From: an uncultured virus (IMG/VR IMGVR_UViG_3300031857_000106)
Taxonomy: Duplodnaviria > Heunggongvirae > Uroviricota > Caudoviricetes
Virus record (IMG/VR): IMGVR_UViG_3300031857_000106
Location: 1 to 64,000 of that record
Direction: 5' to 3' (one strand)
Length of the DNA: 64,000 nt
Shown: one piece after another, positions 53,611 through 61,347 of the stretch
Layout of the letters: the number at the start of each line of letters is the position of its first letter
How positions within the stretch are numbered: the first letter of the stretch is position 1
Notes under the pieces: generated by a model
Database searches by the model: none
Seen by the model: only the letters and a program-made list of their open reading frames with translations
What the model was told of the DNA's origin: nothing
Position numbers and translations under genes: made by a program

Positions 53611-53626
53611 TTCAAGATCAAGGTAG

Positions 53627-53660
53627 AAAGAGGGAAGCACTTAAGGTTCTTCCCTCTTTT
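53627..53660 (+). terminator. Rho-independent terminator
   Basis: AAAGAGGGAA ... TTCCCTCTTTT hairpin. Confidence 0.7.
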
Positions 53661-53750
53661 AGCCTCCCTTGAAAAAAGGTCGAAAAAAAATGAAACCTTT
53701 TTCGGCCACCCAATAAAATACTTAGTTCTTTGGAATAATTAACAAAAACC

Positions 53751-53922
53751 TTGATCTTGAAGCGGCTGAGAGAGCTACATCAACTACTATGAGCAAGGAA
53801 GGAGCTTAGGCTTCCTCCAAAAAATCTTCATAGCGGCGACAGCGAAGAAGAACCACTGGTCTAAAGTCGTGGCCATCGGGAGCCCTAACCGAAACCCTCT
53901 CTTAGGAAATTCTCAGGATTAA
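53751..53922 (+). ncRNA. Y-RNA-like structured RNA, element 1
   Basis: TTGATCTTGA/TCAGGATTAA stem; AGCGG/GAAATTC internal loop; CTGAGAGAG/CTCTCTTAG stem; CTACATC motif; upstream of a Ro60 gene. Confidence 0.65.
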
Positions 53923-53929
53923 CTCATAT

Positions 53930-54002
53930 TCAAACCGAAGCGGCGAAAAGAGATACTTCTAATTGGACTGAAAAACACTCTTCTCGAAAATCCTCGGCTT
54001 GA
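53930..54002 (+). ncRNA. Y-RNA-like structured RNA, element 2
   Basis: TCAAACCGA/TCGGCTTGA stem; AGCGG/AAAATCC loop; CGAAAAGAG/CTCTTCTCG stem; ATACTTC motif. Confidence 0.7.
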
Positions 54003-54009
54003 CTTCTTT

Positions 54010-54092
54010 GAAAAGGGCTGCTGAACAGTGTAGAGACACTTCTGCTTTCCGTTCTCTTGGGTCTTGACGATACTTTCGGCGAGGCCCTTTTC
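54010..54092 (+). ncRNA. Y-RNA-like structured RNA, element 3 (diverged)
   Basis: GAAAAGGGC/GCCCTTTTC and GCTGA/TCGGC stems; AGAG-ACACTTC...CTCT motif. Confidence 0.45.
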
Positions 54093-54122
54093 TTTTTCCG
54101 CCGCTTTTTACTATCTTTTACT

Positions 54123-54317
54123 ATGATACACGTAAAATTCAGAGACACCGATCCGGACACCGGAATCATCACCCAGGACGAGGTGATAGTAATGAGCGAA
54201 AACCCCGACCGAGCCACCTGGGCCAAGATGACAATTGAAAAAGACTGGTTCGATCACAACCCTGACCACAACCGAGAATTCTACTTATTTGACACAGAAA
54301 CAGAACAGGAATTCTAA
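54123..54317 (+). CDS. Small acidic hypothetical protein
   Basis: ATG 54123 directly after the CTATCTTTTACT box; MIHVKFRDTDP... Confidence 0.6.
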   Translation: MIHVKFRDTDPDTGIITQDEVIVMSENPDRATWAKMTIEKDWFDHNPDHNREFYLFDTETEQEF

Positions 54318-54318
54318 T

Positions 54319-55374
54319 ATGGAAAGAAAATTAGCAAGCATCCAAGTGATCAAGGAGATCCTTCCCATCGAAGGAGCTGACGCGATCGAACTCGCAGTGG
54401 TCAACGGCTGGAAAGTCGTGGTAGCCAAAAATGTCGGACATCAAGCAGGCGACTACGTAGTCTATTGTGAGATTGATTCATTCTTGCCCATCAGGGAAGA
54501 ATTTGAATTTCTCAGAAAGTCTTCTTATAGGAAGATGGGGGAGCAGGAGGGTTTCAGGTTGAGGACGATCAAGCTCAGAGGGCAAGTCTCCCAGGGACTC
54601 ATTCTTCCAATGTCAGTCTTCGGAGATTTTAGTTGGACTGCTTACGAGGGTCTGGACGTCACAGAGAAATTAGGCATAGTAAAATATGAACCTCCGGTGC
54701 CGGCAGCTCTCGCAGGTGTGGCCAAAGGTCTCTTTCCGAGCTTCCTCCGAAAGACAGATGAGGAACGCATTCAAAACCTCGCTTCAGACTATGAAGAAAT
54801 GCAAAAGCACTCTTACTACATCACTGAAAAGCTCGATGGTAGCTCAGCGACCTTTTACTATAAGGACGGTGAATTTGGAGTCTGTAGCAGAAACTTAGAG
54901 CTCCTCGAGACAGAGGAAAACACTTTTTGGAAAGTGGCTCGAGAGCTGAACCTCGAGGAGAAAATGAAGTCCCTCGAAAAGAATGTTTGTCTCCAAGGAG
55001 AGCTGATAGGAGAGGGGATCCAAGGAAATCCTTACAAGCTGAAGGGTCAGATAGTAAAGTTCTTCAATGCTTACAAGATCGACGATGGTGAGTACTACGA
55101 TTTTCTCTCAATGGCAACTCTGCTCGACTACCTCGGTTTGGAAACAGTCCCGGTGTTGAACACGAACTACGAACTTCCACCCACCATCGAAATACTTCTC
55201 AACGATGCTGATGGAAAATCAAGACTGAACGATAATGCAGACCGAGAAGGACTCGTGATCAGAAGCCATGATAGAAAAATATCATTCAAAGCAATCAGCA
55301 ACAAGTTCTTGCTCAAGGAAGACGACAGGCCTTCCAAGGGGGAACGCTTAAACTGGGAAAACACTAAAAACTAA
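54319..55374 (+). CDS. ATP-dependent RNA ligase (Rnl2-like, DRB0094 family)
   Basis: MERKLASI...EGADAIE N-domain; KLRGQVSQG; KTDEERIQN; TEKLDGS (motif I); QGELIG; REGLV; FKAIS. Confidence 0.9.
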   Translation: MERKLASIQVIKEILPIEGADAIELAVVNGWKVVVAKNVGHQAGDYVVYCEIDSFLPIREEFEFLRKSSYRKMGEQEGFRLRTIKLRGQVSQGLILPMSVFGDFSWTAYEGLDVTEKLGIVKYEPPVPAALAGVAKGLFPSFLRKTDEERIQNLASDYEEMQKHSYYITEKLDGSSATFYYKDGEFGVCSRNLELLETEENTFWKVARELNLEEKMKSLEKNVCLQGELIGEGIQGNPYKLKGQIVKFFNAYKIDDGEYYDFLSMATLLDYLGLETVPVLNTNYELPPTIEILLNDADGKSRLNDNADREGLVIRSHDRKISFKAISNKFLLKEDDRPSKGERLNWENTKN

Positions 55375-55383
55375 ACCAACTAT

Positions 55384-57006
55384 ATGTCAAGACTAACTCC
55401 TTTTTCAGACAAGAAACTCGCGGATCACGAACAATACCGTGAAGAGAGAGTAGAGAATTACATGGGCGGAATGAGCTACCGATTAGGTCCTCTGGAGACT
55501 CTAAGAATCGTGGCCGCAAGTTCCATCTTCGGCGAGCCACAGTACTACCGAGACGGCATCGGAGCTGAGAAGGCTCTAAAAAAGGATGCCAACGTTTTAG
55601 AAGTCTCGATCTTCGAAGATCTCGTAAAAGACAAGAGAACAGTCGCCGAAGTCTTTACCGAAGCGATCGACAGAGCATTAGATGCTGATTTTAAAGCAAC
55701 GTTGGATCTTGCTCTCACTCTAAGGACTGAGTACATGATGAGGTTGAACCCATCAGTGATCTGGATCAGAGCCTCTCTCCATCCAAAGAGAGCAGAGTTC
55801 AACGAGAAGAATCCGGGTTACATGAAGGAGATTGGAAAAAAGATCGTATTGAGGCCGGACGACGTCACTAACCAATTCGATTATTATGCATACGTGAAAG
55901 GATCGAAGAAAGGCCTTTCCTCCCTCGTGAAGAGAACTTGGGCAGAGACTCTGGAGAGCTTCTCTCGCTACCAATTGAACAAATACAAGGGCAAGAAGCT
56001 GATAGATCTCGTGAGGATCTCACACGCTCATTCTGATGACATTACTGAGCTCGTAAAAACAGGCACTATCAAGGTCGAGGAGTCCGAGAAGACTTGGGAG
56101 ATCTTGAGATCTGAGGGAAAATCTTGGAAGGAGATCTTGGAAACGATCAAGATCCCTCACATGGCCCTCCTCCGCAACCTCCGCGGAATCTTCAAAGAAA
56201 TAGATAACAGGGAGATCTTGGAAAAAGTTCTAACTGATCTAAAAGCTGGAGTTCCTTACGGAAAACAGTTCTCCTTCAGATATTGGTCGGCACACAAAGC
56301 AGTCTCTTCTGAAGACGGAGTGAATTTCAAAATACCGATCCTCGATGCTCTCGAAGAATGCATTGATCTAGCGGTAGAGAACTCACCCAGATTAAGAGGC
56401 CGAGTAATGTCTCTCTGCGATAATAGCGGATCTGCATGGGGAAGCTGCAATTCAGAATATGGATCGGTCACCGTAGCAGAGATCGCGAACCTCTCGGCTT
56501 TGATCACCGGAGCCAATGCCGAAGAAGGCCACGTCGGAGTCTTTGGAGATAAATTAGAAACTCGTGGAGTTTCCAAAAGGAACGGCATCATGGCCCAACT
56601 GGAAGAATCGAATGCAATTGGCAACACGGTCGGACAGAGCACTGAAAACGGGATCTGGCTCTTCTGGGACAAAGCAATCAAGAACAAGGAGCACTGGGAC
56701 ACCGTCTTCATCTACTCTGATATGCAGGCCGGCACCGGAGGCCTCTACGGAGTCAATGCTGAAGACTATAAAGAGTTCAGACATAAAGACGGCAGACACA
56801 TCGACGTCCTTGCTCTGGTCCAAAAATACCGAAGAGAAGTAAACTCAAGAGTGAACGTCTTTTCGGTCCAAGTTGCAGGTTACGACAATTCAGTCCTTCC
56901 GGGTAACATTTACCGAGGAGCAATTCTCACAGGTTGGACAGGCAAAGAATCACTCTACGCCCAGGAGATCATCAAAATCTGGGACGAAATAGAAAATATA
57001 AAATGA
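55384..57006 (+). CDS. Ro60/Rsr-like TROVE-domain RNA-binding protein with C-terminal vWA domain
   Basis: NYMGG.SY, GEPQYY, LR.EY.MR.NP, RPDD, YQLNKYK, TWE, HMALLRNLRG, QFSFRY; vWA MIDAS DNSGS and SDMQ. Confidence 0.88.
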   Translation: MSRLTPFSDKKLADHEQYREERVENYMGGMSYRLGPLETLRIVAASSIFGEPQYYRDGIGAEKALKKDANVLEVSIFEDLVKDKRTVAEVFTEAIDRALDADFKATLDLALTLRTEYMMRLNPSVIWIRASLHPKRAEFNEKNPGYMKEIGKKIVLRPDDVTNQFDYYAYVKGSKKGLSSLVKRTWAETLESFSRYQLNKYKGKKLIDLVRISHAHSDDITELVKTGTIKVEESEKTWEILRSEGKSWKEILETIKIPHMALLRNLRGIFKEIDNREILEKVLTDLKAGVPYGKQFSFRYWSAHKAVSSEDGVNFKIPILDALEECIDLAVENSPRLRGRVMSLCDNSGSAWGSCNSEYGSVTVAEIANLSALITGANAEEGHVGVFGDKLETRGVSKRNGIMAQLEESNAIGNTVGQSTENGIWLFWDKAIKNKEHWDTVFIYSDMQAGTGGLYGVNAEDYKEFRHKDGRHIDVLALVQKYRREVNSRVNVFSVQVAGYDNSVLPGNIYRGAILTGWTGKESLYAQEIIKIWDEIENIK

Positions 57007-57104
57007 AAAAGTTTTTCGCTTTGATGAAGAAGTTCTATAATTTCCTCAAGCTGGTCGAGGAATTGAGAATGAAGTGTATGATAAAATCAGGCAGAGGCTA
57101 TTAA
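57003..57104 (+). CDS. Possible 33-aa peptide coupled to the TROVE gene
   Basis: ATGA overlap; MKKFFALMKKFYNFLKLVEELRMKCMIKSGRGY. Confidence 0.35.
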   Translation: MKKFFALMKKFYNFLKLVEELRMKCMIKSGRGY

Positions 57105-57122
57105 CTTACAAAATGCTAAAGC

Positions 57123-57839
57123 ATGAGAGAAATAAAAAGGAAGAGCTCGAAGCTCGTTGATTGGGAACTCTATGAAGCAATCCCACAAGTCTACGTAGTC
57201 CGAGTCGAAGACTCTTACCAGAGAGCAATGCTCTTCCTCAGATACCAAGAACACTACGAATCTCCCTACAACAAGTTCCAAGGAAAGAGCTTCAACATTT
57301 TTGAGTTCATGGACCACTACCGAAAAGACCGAGGAGCCTGTGCTTTTCTTTATCCGAGCGAGTGGTCAGGGTACAACATACCGAGCAGCTCTCTTCTCAA
57401 ATGTTACGTCGAGGTAAAAGACAACAACCCATACGATGAAGCAATGGGCGAAATCATCATCAAGATCTCAGAGGAGCTCCTCGCTGGAAAAGCTCCTGGG
57501 CAGAAAGCTCCTAAATTCTATCTCATCGGTGTCGACAAGATTGAAGGAGGAGTCATGGACCACGAAATTGCACACGCTCTCTTCTTCATCGATCCTCAAT
57601 ATAGAAAGAAGGCCACAGATCTCGTCTCAAAGCTCGCTCCTCGAAAAAGAGAGAAGATGGAGAAGATACTCCTCGGCCTCGGCTACCGCCCTCAAGTTCT
57701 AGTAGATGAGATTCAAGCTTTCATGAGCACTGGTCTTTGGCCTGGCATGGCAAAGGTCGTCACTGAAAAGGATTGTAAGCCCTTCATTGAAAATTGGCTT
57801 GACACCTCGTTAGCGTGTTCTCCCGATTTCAAGAGATAA
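57123..57839 (+). CDS. Hypothetical protein with HExxH motif
   Basis: RYQEHYESP, WSGYNIP, DHEIAHALF, DEIQAF. Confidence 0.65.
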   Translation: MREIKRKSSKLVDWELYEAIPQVYVVRVEDSYQRAMLFLRYQEHYESPYNKFQGKSFNIFEFMDHYRKDRGACAFLYPSEWSGYNIPSSSLLKCYVEVKDNNPYDEAMGEIIIKISEELLAGKAPGQKAPKFYLIGVDKIEGGVMDHEIAHALFFIDPQYRKKATDLVSKLAPRKREKMEKILLGLGYRPQVLVDEIQAFMSTGLWPGMAKVVTEKDCKPFIENWLDTSLACSPDFKR

Positions 57840-57874
57840 TTTTCTCTTCTCGTTTCATTTTTCTATATTTTACT

Positions 57875-58177
57875 ATGAAAAGAATAATCATATTTTGTCT
57901 ATTCCTCGTAGGATGCGTCGACAGGAAGGACTTCGTCGAAGAACGCATATCATATAAGATCGACTCAGTGGCTTATCACCCTGTCGGTTTTCCTAGCGTG
58001 GCCAACCTCGATCCCCGTTGGATCGCCTACACTGAATTCGGACAATTTACCTATCACCATCCGGTCGAAGTCGGAGACAGCGTTGAGGTGATCATCATGA
58101 CTCCAAAAAGAGACACTATGGTCTTTGATCCGATATTAGAACACAGCAAAATAAAAGAAGATGACACCCTTAGATAG
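57875..58177 (+). CDS. Putative lipoprotein
   Basis: MKRIIIFCLFLVG-C lipobox; ATG 57875. Confidence 0.65.
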   Translation: MKRIIIFCLFLVGCVDRKDFVEERISYKIDSVAYHPVGFPSVANLDPRWIAYTEFGQFTYHHPVEVGDSVEVIIMTPKRDTMVFDPILEHSKIKEDDTLR

Positions 58178-58391
58178 AATGATCGAGTACGTGAGAACCC
58201 GTTTCGAAATGGGAGAGGCTTTTGAGAACATGGCTTCTAACTTGAAAACCGAGGAAAAGAAGATCATTAGCAGAGCTTGGCACGACGGTAACATCATCGG
58301 CAGAAATGGCTGGATCAGAGAAGAGTACGAAACAGGAGAACAATACTACGAAAAAACTTATGGGCATGAACGAAATGTTGGAGGAAAATAG
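58161..58391 (+). CDS. Hypothetical protein
   Basis: EEKKIISRAW.DG...EQYYEKTY. Confidence 0.6.
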   Translation: MTPLDRMIEYVRTRFEMGEAFENMASNLKTEEKKIISRAWHDGNIIGRNGWIREEYETGEQYYEKTYGHERNVGGK

Positions 58392-58535
58392 CTACTGGGA
58401 CATCGACATCCTGATAGAATACCGAAAGAGAAAAAAGAAAGAGATCGATCGGTTGGAAAAAACCCTCTGGTCTCGGATCTGGAACTGGAAGAAGATCAAG
58501 AAATTGAAAGAAGATCTCGCAAAAATAAGATACGT

Positions 58536-59198
58536 ATGAGAATCAAGATTAAAAATAAAGAGAAGGTCTGGATCTTCAGCGATCCACACTACAACCACAA
58601 GAACATCTGCAGAGGAGTCACCAACTGGAGGATGACTGATGGTTCAGTTCCTGAAGCACAGACCCGAAATTTCAAAGATCTAGATCAGATGAACGCGGCC
58701 ATCGTCAATAACATCAACGATACGGTAGGCCAGCAAGACATCCTCATCTGTTTAGGAGATTGGTCCTTCGGAGGCTTTGAGAGCATCACAGAGTTCTGGG
58801 ATCGTCTGATATGTAAGAACATATATCTCATACTTGGGAACCACGATCACCATATCGAGAATAACCGAGATGACATCGAAAAGCTCTTCTTGGAGGTCGG
58901 ACACTACGCCACGCTGGAAATTGAAGACGGTTACAAGTTCAGGTTGATGCACTACCCGATCTCATCCTGGGACGGGTTGAGAAAAGGCGTGATCCACCTC
59001 CACGGCCACTGTCACCTTCCGACTGATAAGAGGTTTGGAGAAGGAAAGAGGATGGACGTTGGCATGGACGGGCACCCAGAGTTCAGGCCCTATGATCTCA
59101 GAAGGGAAATCATTCCTCTGATGAACAAGAGGCCTATCGGATCAGAGCTCGGTTCAGAGGACCACCACATGGACGACATTAAAGGAATTGTAGGATAA
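58536..59198 (+). CDS. Calcineurin-like metallophosphoesterase
   Basis: SDPH, LGD, GNHD, HYP, HGHCH, DVGMD. Confidence 0.88.
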   Translation: MRIKIKNKEKVWIFSDPHYNHKNICRGVTNWRMTDGSVPEAQTRNFKDLDQMNAAIVNNINDTVGQQDILICLGDWSFGGFESITEFWDRLICKNIYLILGNHDHHIENNRDDIEKLFLEVGHYATLEIEDGYKFRLMHYPISSWDGLRKGVIHLHGHCHLPTDKRFGEGKRMDVGMDGHPEFRPYDLRREIIPLMNKRPIGSELGSEDHHMDDIKGIVG

Positions 59199-59208
59199 AA
59201 CTAATAAC

Positions 59209-59523
59209 ATGGCAGAAAAGAAAGAAACGATTGCAGAAGGAATGGGACTCAACGAAGAGTGGGCTCTCATCAACAGGCACCGAGCAGAGAAAATTCTCGA
59301 AGAGAATAACACGGTGTCAGATGCTCTACTGAGCATGGCTGCAGACCTCAGAGAAGAAGAGTTCGGAGGAGGAATAGAAATCTCAATCTATGAAAAGAAG
59401 CTCATAATGATGGGCTTCCACCTCGCTCAACTCATCATGCAAAAACAACAAGAGTCGGTGATTGGAGCTTCTCTACAAGCTCTGCAGACTCTGCAAGAAT
59501 TGAGAAAAAACTTAGATGAATAG
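59209..59523 (+). CDS. Hypothetical protein
   Basis: ORF track. Confidence 0.6.
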   Translation: MAEKKETIAEGMGLNEEWALINRHRAEKILEENNTVSDALLSMAADLREEEFGGGIEISIYEKKLIMMGFHLAQLIMQKQQESVIGASLQALQTLQELRKNLDE

Positions 59524-59995
59524 CATGGAGCACTTAAGAATCAACATACCGATCACGAAGCCTCTGGTCCTCATCGACATGGACGGAGTTCTCTGTGATT
59601 TTGAAAAGAGAAAGAAAGAGATAGAAGCAAAAGGCTTCAAAGGCGGAAGCGTCTTCAAGCACCCAGATGCTTACAAAAACTTGGAGCCGATAGAAGGTGC
59701 GATCGAGGCGTGGCACAAGCTCCAAGAAAAATACGAGACTTACATTCTGAGCACTCCAGCGTGGAGCAATCCAGACAGCTGGTCAGAAAAGCGGATCTGG
59801 GTCGAGGAGAACTTGGGCCGATCAGCTCACAAAAAACTGATCCTCTCGCATCACAAAGGATTGATCAAGGGAGACTATCTCATCGATGACAGAGAAGCAA
59901 ACGGTGTCGGAGATTTCGAGGGCACTCACATTCATTTTGGTACTGAACTCTATCCTGATTGGGAACACGTTCTTCAAAGACTAGGCATTGTATGA
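59516..59995 (+). CDS. 5'(3')-deoxyribonucleotidase (NT5C-like HAD)
   Basis: IDMDGVLCDF, LEPIEGA, ILSTP, EKRIWV, KGDYLIDD. Confidence 0.85.
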   Translation: MNSMEHLRINIPITKPLVLIDMDGVLCDFEKRKKEIEAKGFKGGSVFKHPDAYKNLEPIEGAIEAWHKLQEKYETYILSTPAWSNPDSWSEKRIWVEENLGRSAHKKLILSHHKGLIKGDYLIDDREANGVGDFEGTHIHFGTELYPDWEHVLQRLGIV

Positions 59996-60588
59996 TCGAT
60001 AACATTGAACTCATCAAACCTCTCCTGAACTTTGACAGAGAAGGAGACTTCTACATGCTCTACGTTTTTAAGAGAAAGAAAGACCAACCTGAAGGAGAGA
60101 GGGACAACCACCAATCAGTGAGGACGATCAAAACATATTGCATTGAATCAATAGAACATCTTGATCGGCGATACGAGGAGATCAAACAGCTCTGCGAAAT
60201 GTTCAGAGCTCGAGCATACATTCACGTCCAAAAGCAAAACCACATGGACGTCTCTTTGGAGATGATGGTCTCTCTAGCTACAAGGATCAAGAACGGACAG
60301 ACTAATCAGAAGGGCCTTTTTGATTCTGTTGTCGGCCAGATCAAGACTCAAGAAAAGCGTTGGATCGTAGACATAGACACTAAAGACATCGATTTGACAA
60401 CTATTGTGTTGTGGATCGATACTCAGTGTAGGCCCGAAGGTTCTAAAGTCGAAGCTTTAATTCCAACCAAAAGCGGTTTTCACTTAATCACGAGAAGATT
60501 TGATGTGATGGAGTTTAAGAAGAGATACCCTGAGATAGATCTCCAGAAAAAGAATCCTACGTGTTTGTACGTACCTGATTCTCTCTAA
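59992..60588 (+). CDS. Hypothetical phage protein with possible AEP/prim-pol-like motifs
   Basis: WIVDID and PTKSGFHLI; start ATG 59992. Confidence 0.55.
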   Translation: MIDNIELIKPLLNFDREGDFYMLYVFKRKKDQPEGERDNHQSVRTIKTYCIESIEHLDRRYEEIKQLCEMFRARAYIHVQKQNHMDVSLEMMVSLATRIKNGQTNQKGLFDSVVGQIKTQEKRWIVDIDTKDIDLTTIVLWIDTQCRPEGSKVEALIPTKSGFHLITRRFDVMEFKKRYPEIDLQKKNPTCLYVPDSL

Positions 60589-60623
60589 TTTTCTGGTGTC
60601 ATCGCCTTTAACTATCTTTTAAT

Positions 60624-60788
60624 ATGAAAAAGAAGAAGACGATAAGGTGGAGACAGAAGCTGAACCGAGAAGCCGCGAAAGAACAGGGCTTCTACGACGG
60701 CAGGTTCAAACCGAGGATCGTCAAAGACAAGAAGAAGTGGAATTCTAAACGAGGCTCCCGTGGGTGGAGGCCTGAAAACGAAAACTAA
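60624..60788 (+). CDS. Small basic protein (54 aa, below the ORF-track cutoff)
   Basis: MKKKKTIRWRQKLNREAAKEQGFYDGRFKPRIVKDKKKWNSKRGSRGWRPENEN; TAATG coupling to the next gene. Confidence 0.6.
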   Translation: MKKKKTIRWRQKLNREAAKEQGFYDGRFKPRIVKDKKKWNSKRGSRGWRPENEN

Positions 60789-60985
60789 TGTTTAACGAAC
60801 AAGAGCTTTATGAAAGATACATGCAGGTCTATGAAATCGAGATCAGAGAAACTTCTTCGCCTCTAGGAAGAAAGTTATTGGCCGAGATCAATATGCTCGA
60901 AGATCTTACTCTCGAAGAATTCGAGGAGAGGCTCAAAGAAGACGAAAAATTTAGAAAAAAATGGGGAAACGAACAGATTTTTTAA
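60788..60985 (+). CDS. Hypothetical protein
   Basis: ORF track. Confidence 0.6.
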   Translation: MFNEQELYERYMQVYEIEIRETSSPLGRKLLAEINMLEDLTLEEFEERLKEDEKFRKKWGNEQIF

Positions 60986-61133
60986 GAAGAGTAGAATGGA
61001 TTTGGGAATTTTATTTTGTCTACTTTATCTTCAACCCAATGAAAATTCACAGATATCACGACTACATGTGGCAGAAATGGGGCTCTAGATATTGTAGCCG
61101 AGAAGAATACGAAAATTACAAAAAAACCATATC

Positions 61134-61316
61134 ATGACACAAGTAGGTAAAGGCAGAAAACCCCTGTACAAGAAAAACCACAATGCTTTCGAAGAAAAGA
61201 AAGACGAGCTCATTAAAGTCCAATTGAACCACAAGACCTGGGTCTATGTGAAAAAGGACATTACAGAGAGCATGATTGAACAGCTCAGAAAAAAGTACAC
61301 TCCACAATTAGCATAG
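61134..61316 (+). CDS. Hypothetical basic protein
   Basis: ORF track. Confidence 0.55.
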   Translation: MTQVGKGRKPLYKKNHNAFEEKKDELIKVQLNHKTWVYVKKDITESMIEQLRKKYTPQLA

Positions 61317-61347
61317 AGCAAAATATATAGTAAAAATAGAAAAGAGA

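Noticed and set aside
53930..54226. 98-aa minus-strand ORF and the upstream extension of the 54057 ORF
   Set aside because: They overlap the structured RNA elements; the real start is more plausibly ATG 54123 after the promoter-like box
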